Below, in pieces: positions 1 through 10,183 of a stretch of DNA of 32,000 nucleotides (positions are counted from its first letter, which is position 1; every line of letters begins with the position of its first letter). A program made the position numbers and the translations under genes. The notes under the pieces are model-generated. The model made no database searches. It was not told where the DNA came from and saw nothing but the letters and a program-made list of their open reading frames with translations. The DNA comes from Nitrosospira multiformis ATCC 25196 (GTDB taxonomy: Bacteria > Pseudomonadota > Gammaproteobacteria > Burkholderiales > Nitrosomonadaceae), in NCBI RefSeq assembly GCF_000196355.1, contig NC_007614.1, positions 1,770,001-1,802,000 on the forward strand, read 5' to 3'.

Positions 1-1760
1 GCGGAATCATTGCGATCAGCAGGATTGAGAACCCGTGAACCCGCATTTCCGGCATTCCCCCCCGCTGCCAGCACAGGCCTGGCTCTCCATTCACGCCTTT
101 CCATTTCAGTCAATTCAGCAGACAGCGCAGCCAGCGCTTGCTCGTCGCTGAAATCAAGGCCTGCGGAATTCCTGCGCTTGTGGCCGTACAAATCGCCGGG
201 TAAGGGAATCGCCGGATGAGGATGCACCCCCTCCTGTTCGATCTGACTGACTGGATCCGCAACCAGCTCTTCTACAACGATATCATCGTCGAGAATGCGG
301 TTGACGAATGACGAATTTGCGCCATTCTCAAGCAGGCGGCGCGCGAGGTAAGCAAGCAGCGTCTCATAGCTGCCTACAGGCGCATAAATGCGGCACGGCT
401 TTACGAACCGGTCCTCTTTCAGAAGTTCGACCTGGTCATACAGCGTCTCGCCCATCCCGTGCAGGTACTGGAACTCGTAATCTTCGATATCCGCATCCTG
501 TGCTATTTGGTATACGGCTGACAATGTGTGTGCATTATGAGTGGCGAACTGGGGAAAGACCGCTTCCGCAGCGCGAAGAAGTTTCTGCGCGCAAACCATA
601 TAGCATATGTCGGTGTGAATCTTGCGCGTGTAAACGGGATAGCCATCCAGCCCCTCTACCTGTGCACGCTTGATTTCCCCATCCCAGTATGCGCCCTTCA
701 CAAGCCGAACCATGAGGCGATGACCGCTGCGCCGCGCAAGATCGATGAGCCAATCGACAACGAACGGGCATCGCTTCTGATAGGCCTGGACGACAAAGCC
801 GATGCCATCCCAACCCGCAAGATCCGGGTCGAACACGAGCGCTTCCAGGAGATCGAGCGAGAGATCGAGCCGATCGGCTTCCTCCGCATCCATGTTGAAG
901 CCCATGTCATAGTGCTTGGCAAGCAGCAGCAGTGATTTAAGACGTGGCAACAGCTCAGACATCACTCGCTCGCGCTGGGAGCGCACATAGCGGGGATGCA
1001 GTGCGGAAAGCTTTACTGAAATTCCTGGTCCCCTATAAATACCGCTCTTAATACCACCCTTGCCGCGCGACTTGCCGATAGCATGGATAGCCGAGGCGTA
1101 GGAAGTCCAGTAGCGCTGGGCGTCAGCCTCCGTTATTGCCGCTTCCCCCAGCATATCGTATGAATAACGATATCCCCGCATCTCGCGCTCACGGCTACGC
1201 TCCAGCGCTTCCTCGATGGTTTCGCCAATCACGAACTGGTGGCCCAGCATACGCATTGCCAGATCCATTCCTTTTCGAATCAGCGGCTCGCCCCCCTTTT
1301 CCATCAATCCGGATAATGCGGCTGACAGTCCATCTTCTCTGTGGGTCGAAACCAGCTTGCGAGAGATCAGAAGGCCCCAGGCCGCCGCATTTACGAAAAG
1401 CGAAGGGCTGTGTCCCACATGTACGCGCCAGTCACCCTTGCTGATCTTGTCCCGTATGAGACGATCTGCAGTCTCCCGATCCGGGATGCGCAGCAGCGCC
1501 TCGGCCAGGCACATCAGAGCTACACCCTCTTGACTCGACAGGGAAAATTCGTGCATCAAGGCATCCACGCCGCCCCTATGACTGTATTTGCCTCGCATCG
1601 AAGTCACCAGCTTACGGGCGAGTTCCTCAGCTCGGGCACGACTGCATGGCGGCCAATCGATCTGCCTCAACAAGCCATTCACGCTTTCAGTCTCATTGTG
1701 CCGATACGCGTGGGTAATTGCAGAGCGCAAGAAGCGAGGACAGGCGGCCGTTTTTCCCAC
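1..1760 (-). CDS. putA: Bifunctional proline dehydrogenase / delta-1-pyrroline-5-carboxylate dehydrogenase PutA, N-terminal part (continues past left edge)
   Basis: Reverse strand is open from about 1760 to position 1 (not in the ORF track because it runs off the edge). It encodes PutA proline-dehydrogenase motifs such as ...ITHAYRHNETESVNGLLRQ..., GPGISVKLSALHPRY, MVRLVKGAYWDGEIKRAQ, FPQFATHNAHTLS, EYQYLHGMG-like FQYLHGMGETLYDQV, and linker PVLAAGGNAGN..RVLNPADRND. Start codon uncertain; GTG at 1760 is a candidate. Confidence 0.93.
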   Translation of the reverse strand, partial: MGKTAACPRFLRSAITHAYRHNETESVNGLLRQIDWPPCSRARAEELARKLVTSMRGKYSHRGGVDALMHEFSLSSQEGVALMCLAEALLRIPDRETADRLIRDKISKGDWRVHVGHSPSLFVNAAAWGLLISRKLVSTHREDGLSAALSGLMEKGGEPLIRKGMDLAMRMLGHQFVIGETIEEALERSREREMRGYRYSYDMLGEAAITEADAQRYWTSYASAIHAIGKSRGKGGIKSGIYRGPGISVKLSALHPRYVRSQRERVMSELLPRLKSLLLLAKHYDMGFNMDAEEADRLDLSLDLLEALVFDPDLAGWDGIGFVVQAYQKRCPFVVDWLIDLARRSGHRLMVRLVKGAYWDGEIKRAQVEGLDGYPVYTRKIHTDICYMVCAQKLLRAAEAVFPQFATHNAHTLSAVYQIAQDADIEDYEFQYLHGMGETLYDQVELLKEDRFVKPCRIYAPVGSYETLLAYLARRLLENGANSSFVNRILDDDIVVEELVADPVSQIEQEGVHPHPAIPLPGDLYGHKRRNSAGLDFSDEQALAALSAELTEMERREWRARPVLAAGGNAGNAGSRVLNPADRNDS

Positions 1761-2082
1761 GTTTTTCCTTATGAGCGAAGCGATGATTCCTGATGGGAAG
1801 CTGATTACGGCAAAAAGTTATAAAAGCAGTGCAGAACGTTCTAGATTTTCGAATCGCTTTTTAGAGCTCCTCGGAAATCCTCCCTTTTCTGCCCCTATGC
1901 TAGCGGAAGAAGGGCTTGAAAAGCATAGAACGCTTAATCCAAGCCTGTCTGTTCGGCCCCTCACATATCCCCGATTGCTGCGCAGACTGAAAACTCCGTG
2001 AGAACCCTTATCATGAGAAAAACTGGGGTCTATCCCCTATTCCTCAGCTTCGAAGAGTTATCCCTGATGTGATTCATGGTTT

Positions 2083-2088
2083 ATAATC
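2083..2088 (+). promoter_or_regulatory. Possible sigma70 -10 box (TATAAT) upstream of the antiporter gene
   Basis: Perfect TATAAT in AT-richer intergenic DNA between divergent putA and the antiporter gene; the -35 candidate is weak. Confidence 0.25.
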
Positions 2089-2316
2089 CGGGCATCTCTC
2101 CCAATATTGACTCAATACCTCATTCATAATCCCGCAAAAGCAGTAGAAACGCTTTCTGGAGTCGGCTTCGGATGTGGCCGGTTTCTACCGGATCTGAACA
2201 GATCCAATATCCGCGTTGTCTGGAGGAGGCTCCGATGTGGCTTGCAGTAACGTTTAAAACGGTCCGATGAGTCTCATGGCCGTTCTTCATTCTCAGGAGT
2301 ACTTGATCATAAACGC

Positions 2317-3525
2317 ATGACCTGGTCTGATTATCTTCCAGCTTGGCCACTTCAAATCAGTCCGGCGCTGTGGCTCGCGCTCACACTCGTTGTCGCCGTA
2401 CTTCTGGGCGAAGCAATGGTACGTCATCTGCGGCTCCCCCGGATAGTTGGCTATATCGGCATTGGCGTGGTATTGGGACCGGGTGGACTGGGATTTATCC
2501 CTCAACTCCCTGTGAATGAGTGGCGTCTGGTGGTTGATCTCGCACTTGGGATTCTCCTGTTCGAGTTGGGCAGCAAGGTCAATCTGCGGTGGCTGAAAGC
2601 CAACCCATGGCTTGCGGGCACCAGCCTTCTCGAAGCCATCACTACTTTTGCGGTTGTCTTCTCGGTGTTGGTATGGGTTGATGTTCCCAGCACTGCCGCC
2701 GCCATCGTAGCAACCATCGCAATCGCAACCTCGCCCGCTATCATAGTACGCACGGTAACGGAATCTCGCGCTCAAGGTCAGGTAACCGATCGGCTCTTGC
2801 TCATGACAGCGCTCAACACCATCTATGCAGTGATTTTCCATAAGCTGGCGGTTGCTGTCATGCACGGTCAGGCCGGCACGAGCTTCGTGCATACCATATT
2901 CGCTCCACTCTATCTCCTCGGCGGGTCCGCGTTGCTAGCATGGTTGTTCGGTATTACCTTCGAACGCATCCATCACCACTTGGGGCAGCACGAGGAAACT
3001 TTTTCCTTCATCCTGTTCGGCATGATCGCCTTTGCCACCATCATGGCCTCGACGCTCAGGCTCAGCCCGATCCTTGTCCTGCTTGCCGCCGGACTGATCA
3101 CCCGCTACCAGCGCAAACACACCCGCACGTTCCCACCGCACTTCGGCTCCGCGGGCGCCGTTCTGGTGGTATTGATGTTTATCGCGAATGGTCTTGCAGC
3201 TGATCTCAGAGGCTTGCGGGATGGCTTCTTACTGGTTCTACTGCTTATCGCCGTACGAATCATGGCCAAACTGCTGGCCGTGCTGCCACTGGCAACCCAT
3301 AGCGGCATTGGCTGGCGGCAGGCGGTCTCCCTCGGTATTGCACTGGTCCCCATGTCAAGCGTGGCGCTTCTGCTGACAATGGATACTGCAATCGATTTTC
3401 CCGAATTCGCCTTCGGCCTTGGAATGGTGCTGATGAGCTGGATCGTCATACTTGAATTGATCGGACCTGTTCTGGTGCAAGTTGCCCTGCGAAGAGCCGG
3501 AGAAACACCGGAAAAAAAAACATGA
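2317..3525 (+). CDS. Cation:proton antiporter, CPA2/Kef-type membrane domain (no C-terminal TrkA-N domain)
   Basis: 402-aa ORF with many TM segments; PRIVGYIGIGVVLGPGGLGFIP and GILLFELGSKVNLRWL are typical of the Kef/CPA2 family. Confidence 0.85.
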   Translation: MTWSDYLPAWPLQISPALWLALTLVVAVLLGEAMVRHLRLPRIVGYIGIGVVLGPGGLGFIPQLPVNEWRLVVDLALGILLFELGSKVNLRWLKANPWLAGTSLLEAITTFAVVFSVLVWVDVPSTAAAIVATIAIATSPAIIVRTVTESRAQGQVTDRLLLMTALNTIYAVIFHKLAVAVMHGQAGTSFVHTIFAPLYLLGGSALLAWLFGITFERIHHHLGQHEETFSFILFGMIAFATIMASTLRLSPILVLLAAGLITRYQRKHTRTFPPHFGSAGAVLVVLMFIANGLAADLRGLRDGFLLVLLLIAVRIMAKLLAVLPLATHSGIGWRQAVSLGIALVPMSSVALLLTMDTAIDFPEFAFGLGMVLMSWIVILELIGPVLVQVALRRAGETPEKKT

Positions 3526-4637
3526 GCCTGATGCCCTTCGCGCCCTCCCGTCCCCTGAGCATAGGAGTGGAGCTTGAACTGCAATTGCTCGGATGCAACG
3601 ATTACAACCTCGCCCCTTCTGCACCCGAGATTTTGCGTCGCGTAGCAAAGCGCACTCATCCCGGGGAAATCAAACCGGAGATGACGCGCAGTATGATAGA
3701 GATCAACACCTCGGTGCAGCAGGAGTATGCCGGACTGGTGACGGAACTCCGTGCCCTGCGGGACGTTGTTTCCGAGGCCGGATGTTTTCTCAACGTAGCT
3801 GTTGCAGGCGGAGGCACCCACCCGTTCCAGCATTGGAGCGAGCAGAAGATTTTCGATGCGCCGCGCTTTCATTACCTCTCGGAGCTGTACGGCTACCTCG
3901 CAAAACAATTCACGATATTCGGACAGCACGTGCACATCGGCTGTCCCGGGCCGGACGAAGCGCTCCATCTGACGCACATGCTCTCGCGCTACATTCCGCA
4001 TTTTATTGCTCTGTCGGCCAGTTCGCCGTTTGTGCAGGGGCATGATACCGGCTTTGCCTCTGCCCGATTGAACTCCGTTTTTTCCTTCCCATTAAGTGGG
4101 CGAGCTCCCTTCGTATTGCGCTGGAACGATTTCGAAAAATTTTTCGCCAAGATGACGGGAACTGGAGTGGTCGAATCCATGAAAGATTTTTACTGGGATA
4201 TAAGGCCAAAGCCCGAGTTCGGTACCATCGAGGTGAGGGTATGCGACACGCCCCTTACAGTCGAGATTGCAGCCTCCATTGCCTGCTATATTCAGGCAAT
4301 GTCCAGATACATCATGGTGGAGCAGCGTATGGCGCCCGAAGAGGATGACTATCTGGTGTATACGTTCAACCGCTTCCAGGCATGCCGCTTTGGCCTGGAA
4401 GGTGTCTTTATCGATCCTCGTACCCATCAGCAACGTAGTATCCGGGAAGATATAATGGAGATGCTTGAACACATTTCCGACCATGCAAGAGAACTGCACG
4501 CGGTGGAAGCGATGGAACGAATCCGCGAGATACTCATCGTCGGTAACGGCACAAGTTGGCAGCGCAGGGCTTATGCAAGCGAGCACAACCTTGCCGACGT
4601 CATGCAGTTGCAAGCCGAATTATGGATGGGAAACTGA
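3522..4637 (+). CDS. YbdK-family carboxylate-amine ligase (glutamate-cysteine ligase type 2)
   Basis: 371-aa ORF with LSIGVELELQLL, HPGEIKPEMTRSMIEINT, GGGTHPFQHW, FGQHVHIGCPGPDEAL, FGTIEVRVCDTP; ATGA overlap with the preceding gene. Confidence 0.9.
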   Translation: MSLMPFAPSRPLSIGVELELQLLGCNDYNLAPSAPEILRRVAKRTHPGEIKPEMTRSMIEINTSVQQEYAGLVTELRALRDVVSEAGCFLNVAVAGGGTHPFQHWSEQKIFDAPRFHYLSELYGYLAKQFTIFGQHVHIGCPGPDEALHLTHMLSRYIPHFIALSASSPFVQGHDTGFASARLNSVFSFPLSGRAPFVLRWNDFEKFFAKMTGTGVVESMKDFYWDIRPKPEFGTIEVRVCDTPLTVEIAASIACYIQAMSRYIMVEQRMAPEEDDYLVYTFNRFQACRFGLEGVFIDPRTHQQRSIREDIMEMLEHISDHARELHAVEAMERIREILIVGNGTSWQRRAYASEHNLADVMQLQAELWMGN

Positions 4638-4842
4638 TTCCCGTGAGGAATGTCTAAATTGTCGGTTAGATATGGATCGCTGAGAAAAACCAGCGGAACA
4701 AAGTAGCGCAACGTCGGCTCGATTGCCCCCGGGCAAAGGAGGACGCAAAGTTATCCAGGTATCTTATATGTAACGAAGAACACCGCGGAAATTCCAAAAT
4801 CTAATTACATTTATATTTCTGAGGACTCATTCGTTACCTGAG

Positions 4843-5619
4843 ATGCCCCGCCCGTTGCGTATCGGCCTGTCACCCCGTATCCTGCATCAACCGCCCCTTG
4901 AATTGGGTTTTCGCAATAAAACCCTGCAATACCTTGAACAGACCGTCGCCCACTGGATCATGCGCCGGCGAGCGCTGGCATTCATGTTGCCAGCAATAGA
5001 AACCGGTGGCGTCGAGCGTTCTCATGTGCGCATCAGCGACTATGTCCGGGAAATTGACGGCCTGGTGCTGCAAGGTGGCGCGGACGTATCTCCCGTTTCC
5101 TACGGTGAAACACCTCAGCGGCCGGAGTGGTCCGGCGACCGGGTGCGTGATCTTTACGAAATGGAGCTTTTCTGGGAGTGCGTGGTACAAAGAAAACCCG
5201 TGTTGGGTATCTGCCGCGGGCTCCAGCTCATCAATGTAGCATTGGGTGGAAGCCTGTACCAGGATATCGCGACGGATCGCCCGGAATGCATCATACACGT
5301 GGATGCAGTGTTGTATGACCAGCATCGGCATGCGTTGCTGATTGAAGAAAATTCCCGGTTGGCAAATCTCTACGGCAACCGCTACCAGCATCTTGTCAAC
5401 AGCATACATCACCAGGCAATCAAGGAACTGGGACGGGACTCCATGGTCGAGGCAGTTTCCGAGTCCGACGGCATCATCGAAGCAATACGCATGCAGGGAG
5501 ACAGCTATGTGACGGGATTCCAGTGGCATCCCGAATTTCATGGCCCTGCCACAGACCTGCTCGATTCCGGTCCCATACTGGATGATTTTCTTGCTGCAGC
5601 CGAAAAGCAGCGCGAATAA
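4843..5619 (+). CDS. Gamma-glutamyl-gamma-aminobutyrate hydrolase family protein (class I glutamine amidotransferase, PuuD-like)
   Basis: 258-aa ORF with GLVLQGGADVSP, KPVLGICRGLQLINVALGG, VNSIHHQAIK, VTGFQWHPEF (nucleophile Cys plus His/Glu motif). Confidence 0.9.
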   Translation: MPRPLRIGLSPRILHQPPLELGFRNKTLQYLEQTVAHWIMRRRALAFMLPAIETGGVERSHVRISDYVREIDGLVLQGGADVSPVSYGETPQRPEWSGDRVRDLYEMELFWECVVQRKPVLGICRGLQLINVALGGSLYQDIATDRPECIIHVDAVLYDQHRHALLIEENSRLANLYGNRYQHLVNSIHHQAIKELGRDSMVEAVSESDGIIEAIRMQGDSYVTGFQWHPEFHGPATDLLDSGPILDDFLAAAEKQRE

Positions 5620-5739
5620 GAAGTGGCAATTCCCTCCTGTCGCTGTTCGTCCTGAATCTGCCGAAGGAAGGCGAAATGGGGGGCGATGCTGCGGCCGGCT
5701 TATATTTACCGGTGCTCCACCTCCCGTCTCATCGCAAGC

Positions 5740-7173
5740 TTATATCGCCGCCGCGGTTTGGGGCGGCCCCGCCTGCTCCACAATAAACGCCTTGACCGCC
5801 CCTGCGTCAGCATCCATGACTACATAGCGCTGTGCTTTTTCTTCAATATTCTCATATCCTGCGGGACGCTCAGGCTCATGTCCGATCGCCTCGACAATGC
5901 TTGCTGAGAATTTGACTGGCAATGCCGTTTCAAGACAGATCAGCGGCACGCTGGCGTCACGATGTTCCAATCCCGCTTTCACGCCGTCAGCTGTATGCGG
6001 GTCTATCACCAAGCCATATCGGTCATGCACCCGGCGGATGGTGGCGATTCGGTCTGCATGACTGCTGGTCCCTGATACAAGGCCAAAGTCTTCGATTCTC
6101 TCCCACAGGGGCGTATCGGCGAGATCAAAGGCTCCGCCCTCATCTACTGCCTGCCATAATTCCTTCACTTTGGCGGCATCTCTTCCGGTTAAGTCGAAAA
6201 TGAAGCGCTCGAAGTTCGAGGCCTTGGAAATATCCATCGAGGGACTACTGGTCTGGACGGTCTCGGCGGTCGTGCGCGGGCGATAATGTCCCGTCCGGAA
6301 AAATTCATCCAGCACATCATTTTCATTGGTGGCAAGTATCAGCTTTTTGATAGGCAGGCCCATCATGCGCGCCACGTGCCCTGCGCAAATGTTGCCGAAA
6401 TTTCCCGATGGCACCGCGAAAGATACCTGCTCTGTATTCGAGCGGGTGGCAGCAAAATAACCTTTGAAGTAATAAACGGTCTGCGCCGCAATGCGTGCCC
6501 AGTTTATGGAATTAACCGTACCAATGCGGTATTTCTGCTTGAAGGCATAATCATTGCTGACAGCCTTGATAATGTCCTGGCAATCGTCGAACACGCCGCG
6601 AATGGCGATATTGAAAATATTCGGATCATGCAGGGAAAACATTTGAGCTGTCTGGAACGGGCTCATTTTTCCATGCGGCGAAAGCATGAACACACGAATG
6701 CCGCGCTTGCCCCGCATGGCATACTCTGCGCTCGGCCCGGTATCGCCGGAAGTTGCACCGAGGATATTCAGCTGCTCGCCATTCTTGTCCAACGCGTACT
6801 CGAACAGGTTGCCCAGCAATTGCAGGGCGATATCCTTGAAGGCCAGCGTCGGGCCATTCGACAAACCAAGTATGTGCAGCCCCGGTTCCAGGGTTTTAAG
6901 CGGCGTGATTTCATCGTTTTGAAACGACTGGGCAGTATAGGTTCGCCCGATGATTGCGCGCAAGTCCGCAGCAGGAATGTCATCCGCAAAACCGGAAAGG
7001 ATCTCGAACGCAAGTTCCGGGTAATCCATGTCCCGCAGTTCCTGCAATTTTGCGTCATCGAACCTGGGATAGGTTTCCGGCAGCGTCAGCCCGCCATCCG
7101 GAGCAAGGCCGCCGAGAAGAATCCTGGAGAACTTTTTAGGCGGCATGCCGCCACGAGTGGAAATGTAGAGCAT
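5740..7173 (-). CDS. thrC: Threonine synthase
   Basis: 477-aa ORF; MLYISTRGG, GPTLAFKDIALQLLGNLFEYAL, ILGATSGDTGPSAEYAMRGKRGIRVFMLSPHGKMSPFQTAQMFS, VPSGNFGNICAGHVARMMGLPI. Confidence 0.96.
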   Translation of the reverse strand: MLYISTRGGMPPKKFSRILLGGLAPDGGLTLPETYPRFDDAKLQELRDMDYPELAFEILSGFADDIPAADLRAIIGRTYTAQSFQNDEITPLKTLEPGLHILGLSNGPTLAFKDIALQLLGNLFEYALDKNGEQLNILGATSGDTGPSAEYAMRGKRGIRVFMLSPHGKMSPFQTAQMFSLHDPNIFNIAIRGVFDDCQDIIKAVSNDYAFKQKYRIGTVNSINWARIAAQTVYYFKGYFAATRSNTEQVSFAVPSGNFGNICAGHVARMMGLPIKKLILATNENDVLDEFFRTGHYRPRTTAETVQTSSPSMDISKASNFERFIFDLTGRDAAKVKELWQAVDEGGAFDLADTPLWERIEDFGLVSGTSSHADRIATIRRVHDRYGLVIDPHTADGVKAGLEHRDASVPLICLETALPVKFSASIVEAIGHEPERPAGYENIEEKAQRYVVMDADAGAVKAFIVEQAGPPQTAAAI

Positions 7174-7318
7174 TATCCTAAATCCTACAAACTCGCAAAA
7201 AGATAAAAGTGAAGCAATTCATCCCGCTATCCGCCATATTGCTGATGAGTTTGCCCTGAAAATGTCAGCGATCTTACCCCGGACACTAGCGGGGGTTGAC
7301 CATAACCGGTAATGTCAA

Positions 7319-8677
7319 TTATTTGCTGCCCAGATGCTCCAGCCGGATGCGGGTCACCTTGCCGGTCGTTATGGGCAATCGCTTTATTCGGGCGATCGCA
7401 TCGTTAACGTTTCTTTCCACCGCCAAATGCGTGAGCATAATGATATCCACCTGGTCTTCGCCTTCGCTTGGCTCTTTCTGCATCATGGCTTCGATGGAAA
7501 TGCCGAGGTCCGCAAGCACCCGCGTGATATCGGCCAGGGCCCCAGGTTTGTCCATGACCCGCAGCCGCAGGTAATAAGACGTTTCCACCTCGTCCATCGT
7601 GAGGATCGGCGTATCCGACAGGCGGCCTGGCTGGAAGGCGAGATGAGGAACGCGGTGCTTGGGATCGGCTGTGTGCATGCGAGTTACATCCACCAGGTCT
7701 GCCACGACTGAACTCCCTGTAGGTTCGGCACCCGCTCCCGGACCATAATAGAGGGTAGAGCCTACCGCATCGCCTCTCACCACGATGGCATTCATCACCC
7801 CCTCGACATTGGCGATCAGTCTTCGAGCAGGGATGAGTGTCGGATGCACACGCAACTCGATTCCTCCGGACGTACGTTTCGTAATGCCCAACAGCTTGAT
7901 GCGATAACCCAGTTCCTCCGCATAACGAATATCCTCGCGGGTCAATTTGGTTATACCCTCGGTATATACCTTGTCAAACTGCATTGGAATGCCAAAGGCG
8001 ATCGAGGCCATGATCGTGAGTTTATGCGCCGCATCGATGCCCTCGATGTCAAAAGTGGGATCGGCTTCGGCATAACCCAGTTTTTGCGCCTGCTTCAATA
8101 CGGTTTCGAACGTCAACCCCTTATCCCGCATTTCCGAGAGAATGAAGTTGCTCGTGCCATTGATGATGCCGGCTATCCACTCGATGCGGTTGGCAGTCAA
8201 TCCCTCACGCAGAGCCTTGATTATAGGAATGCCTCCCGCCACCGCCGCTTCGAACGCCACCATTACGCCTTTCTTCTGCGCCGCGGCGAAGATTTCGGTC
8301 CCATGTGAAGCAAGCAATGCCTTGTTGGCGGTAATGACATGCTTGCCATTCTCGATAGCCTTCAGTATCAGGTCCCTGGCCGCGGTGTAGCCGCCGATCA
8401 GTTCGACCACGATATCGATATCGGGATTCATCACCACCTCATTCGCATCGCGTGTGACGATGACCTCATCGTCGCCTGCGATCTGACGGGCCTTCTCTTC
8501 CTCTCGATCAGCAATCATGCGAACGACGATACTGCGGCCGGCGCGGCGGGTGATCTCTTCCTGATTGCGTTTGAGCACGGCGAACGTGCCGCTGCCGACC
8601 GTGCCTGCCCCCAACAGGCCCACATGGATAGGTTTCATATCTTCGGTAATGATGAATTTTTCGGACATATTTGCCAT
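7319..8677 (-). CDS. hom: Homoserine dehydrogenase with C-terminal ACT domain
   Basis: 452-aa ORF; VGLLGAGTVGSGTF, GKHVITANKALLA, FEAAVAGGIPIIKALREGLTANRIEWIAGIINGTSNFIL, GYAEADPTFDIEGIDAAHKL, C-terminal ACT-like YYLRLRVMDKPGALADITRVLADLGISIE. Confidence 0.96.
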   Translation of the reverse strand: MANMSEKFIITEDMKPIHVGLLGAGTVGSGTFAVLKRNQEEITRRAGRSIVVRMIADREEEKARQIAGDDEVIVTRDANEVVMNPDIDIVVELIGGYTAARDLILKAIENGKHVITANKALLASHGTEIFAAAQKKGVMVAFEAAVAGGIPIIKALREGLTANRIEWIAGIINGTSNFILSEMRDKGLTFETVLKQAQKLGYAEADPTFDIEGIDAAHKLTIMASIAFGIPMQFDKVYTEGITKLTREDIRYAEELGYRIKLLGITKRTSGGIELRVHPTLIPARRLIANVEGVMNAIVVRGDAVGSTLYYGPGAGAEPTGSSVVADLVDVTRMHTADPKHRVPHLAFQPGRLSDTPILTMDEVETSYYLRLRVMDKPGALADITRVLADLGISIEAMMQKEPSEGEDQVDIIMLTHLAVERNVNDAIARIKRLPITTGKVTRIRLEHLGSK

Positions 8678-8737
8678 ATTTGCTGAAAGGGATTTTGTTC
8701 GTACGCGGCGTTGTCGTTTACAGAAGTCGAGTTCGCC

Positions 8738-9967
8738 TCACCCGGTTCCGTGCTGCCTGCGGTAGCGGCCCAGAAAACTTCCAACCCGGCTAATGGCTTC
8801 AGTCAGGTCGTCACTGTTAGGGAGAAATACAACACGGAAATGATCTGGATATGGCCAGTTGAAACCGCTACCCTGCACCAGCAGCACCTTCTCTTCCAAC
8901 AGTAAATTCAGCACAAATTGCTCGTCATCCTCGATCGGATAGATCGCGGGGTCCAGGCGGGGGAACAGATACATTGCTGCTCGTGGCTTATAGCACGATA
9001 CGCCCGGGATCTCCGTCAACATTTTCCAGGCGAGATCGCGTTGCCGCATAAGACGCCCCGTGGGCATGACCAGATCCTTGATGCTTTGATACCCCCCCAA
9101 CGCCGTTTGGATACCAAACTGCGAAGGAACATTTGCACACAACCGCATGGAGGCCAGCATGGTCAGACCAGCGATATAGTCGCTCGCATAGTGTTTTGTT
9201 CCGGAGACCACTGCCCATCCCGAGCGAAACCCTGCGGCACGATAATTCTTGGACAACCCGTTCAATGTAACGAACAGCACATCATCCGCCAGGGACGCAA
9301 TCGAAGTGTGGGTCGCATCTTCGTACAAGACTTTGTCATAGATTTCGTCGGCGTAGACGATGAGTTGATGCTGACGTGCAATCTCGATGATTTCACGCAA
9401 CACTTCGTCCGGATAAAGCGCACCTGTCGGATTATTCGGATTGATGACAACGATCGCACGGGTGTTCGAGCTCACCTTCGAGCGAATATCCTCCAGATCA
9501 GGCAACCAGCCCGATTGCTCGTCACACACATAATGACGCGGAGTCCCGCCTGCCAGCACCACCGCTGCTGTCCACAACGGGTAATCGGGTGAAGGAATCA
9601 AAACCTCATCACCCGTATTCAGCAGCGCCTGCATCGCCATCACGATCAGTTCGGAAACGCCGTTGCCGATGTATATATCCTCCAGCCGGACATCCTCGAT
9701 GCGCTTCTCCTGCGTGTAATGCATGATGGCCTTGCGTGCCGCAAACAATCCTTTCGAGTCGCAATAACCGGATGCGGCGGAAAGGTTATGCATCACGTCC
9801 TGCAGGATTTCTTCGGGAGCTTCGAAACCGAATGATGCCGGATTCCCGATATTGAGCTTGATGATACGGTGCCCTTCCTCTTCCATTTGCCGCGCCCGGT
9901 CGAGCACCGGTCCGCGAATGTCATAGCATACATTGGCCAACTTGCTGGATTTGAGAATGGGCTGCAT
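8738..9967 (-). CDS. alaA: Pyridoxal-phosphate-dependent aminotransferase, AlaA-like (alanine transaminase)
   Basis: 409-aa ORF; HRIIKLNIGNPASFGFEAPEEIL, GNGVSELIVMAMQALLNTGDEVLIPSPDYPLWTAAV, VINPNNPTGALY, LFVTLNGLSKNYRAAGFRSGWAVVSG. Confidence 0.9.
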   Translation of the reverse strand: MQPILKSSKLANVCYDIRGPVLDRARQMEEEGHRIIKLNIGNPASFGFEAPEEILQDVMHNLSAASGYCDSKGLFAARKAIMHYTQEKRIEDVRLEDIYIGNGVSELIVMAMQALLNTGDEVLIPSPDYPLWTAAVVLAGGTPRHYVCDEQSGWLPDLEDIRSKVSSNTRAIVVINPNNPTGALYPDEVLREIIEIARQHQLIVYADEIYDKVLYEDATHTSIASLADDVLFVTLNGLSKNYRAAGFRSGWAVVSGTKHYASDYIAGLTMLASMRLCANVPSQFGIQTALGGYQSIKDLVMPTGRLMRQRDLAWKMLTEIPGVSCYKPRAAMYLFPRLDPAIYPIEDDEQFVLNLLLEEKVLLVQGSGFNWPYPDHFRVVFLPNSDDLTEAISRVGSFLGRYRRQHGTG

Positions 9968-10183
9968 CAGATAGGGGAAGGATGGGTGGCAAAAGCCTTA
10001 CGGCAAAGGTCAGGGACGGCGCTTTGCAAGGCCGGATTCAGATGGAAATACGTAACCGGAAACGCCCGCGAGTGTTGGGTGTTGAAAATCAAGAGATTCT
10101 GTCGTTCCCGCTTTATTCGACGCAAAACCTTTATCGCAACGGGAAAAAGATGTAATGTTACCCGACCCGCTAAACTGCCGCAA

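Noticed and set aside
10-1793. Several plus-strand ORFs of 69-150 aa near the left edge
   Set aside because: All are antisense to the open putA reading frame on the minus strand; translations are Arg/Ser-rich with no motifs.
3105-4043. 312-aa minus-strand ORF across the antiporter/YbdK junction
   Set aside because: Overlaps two well-supported plus-strand genes; no family motif.
6286-7206. 306-aa plus-strand ORF antisense to thrC
   Set aside because: The minus strand encodes clear threonine synthase motifs across the whole interval.
8918-9592. 224-aa plus-strand ORF antisense to alaA
   Set aside because: Shadow of the aminotransferase coding sequence; composition is typical of antisense translation.
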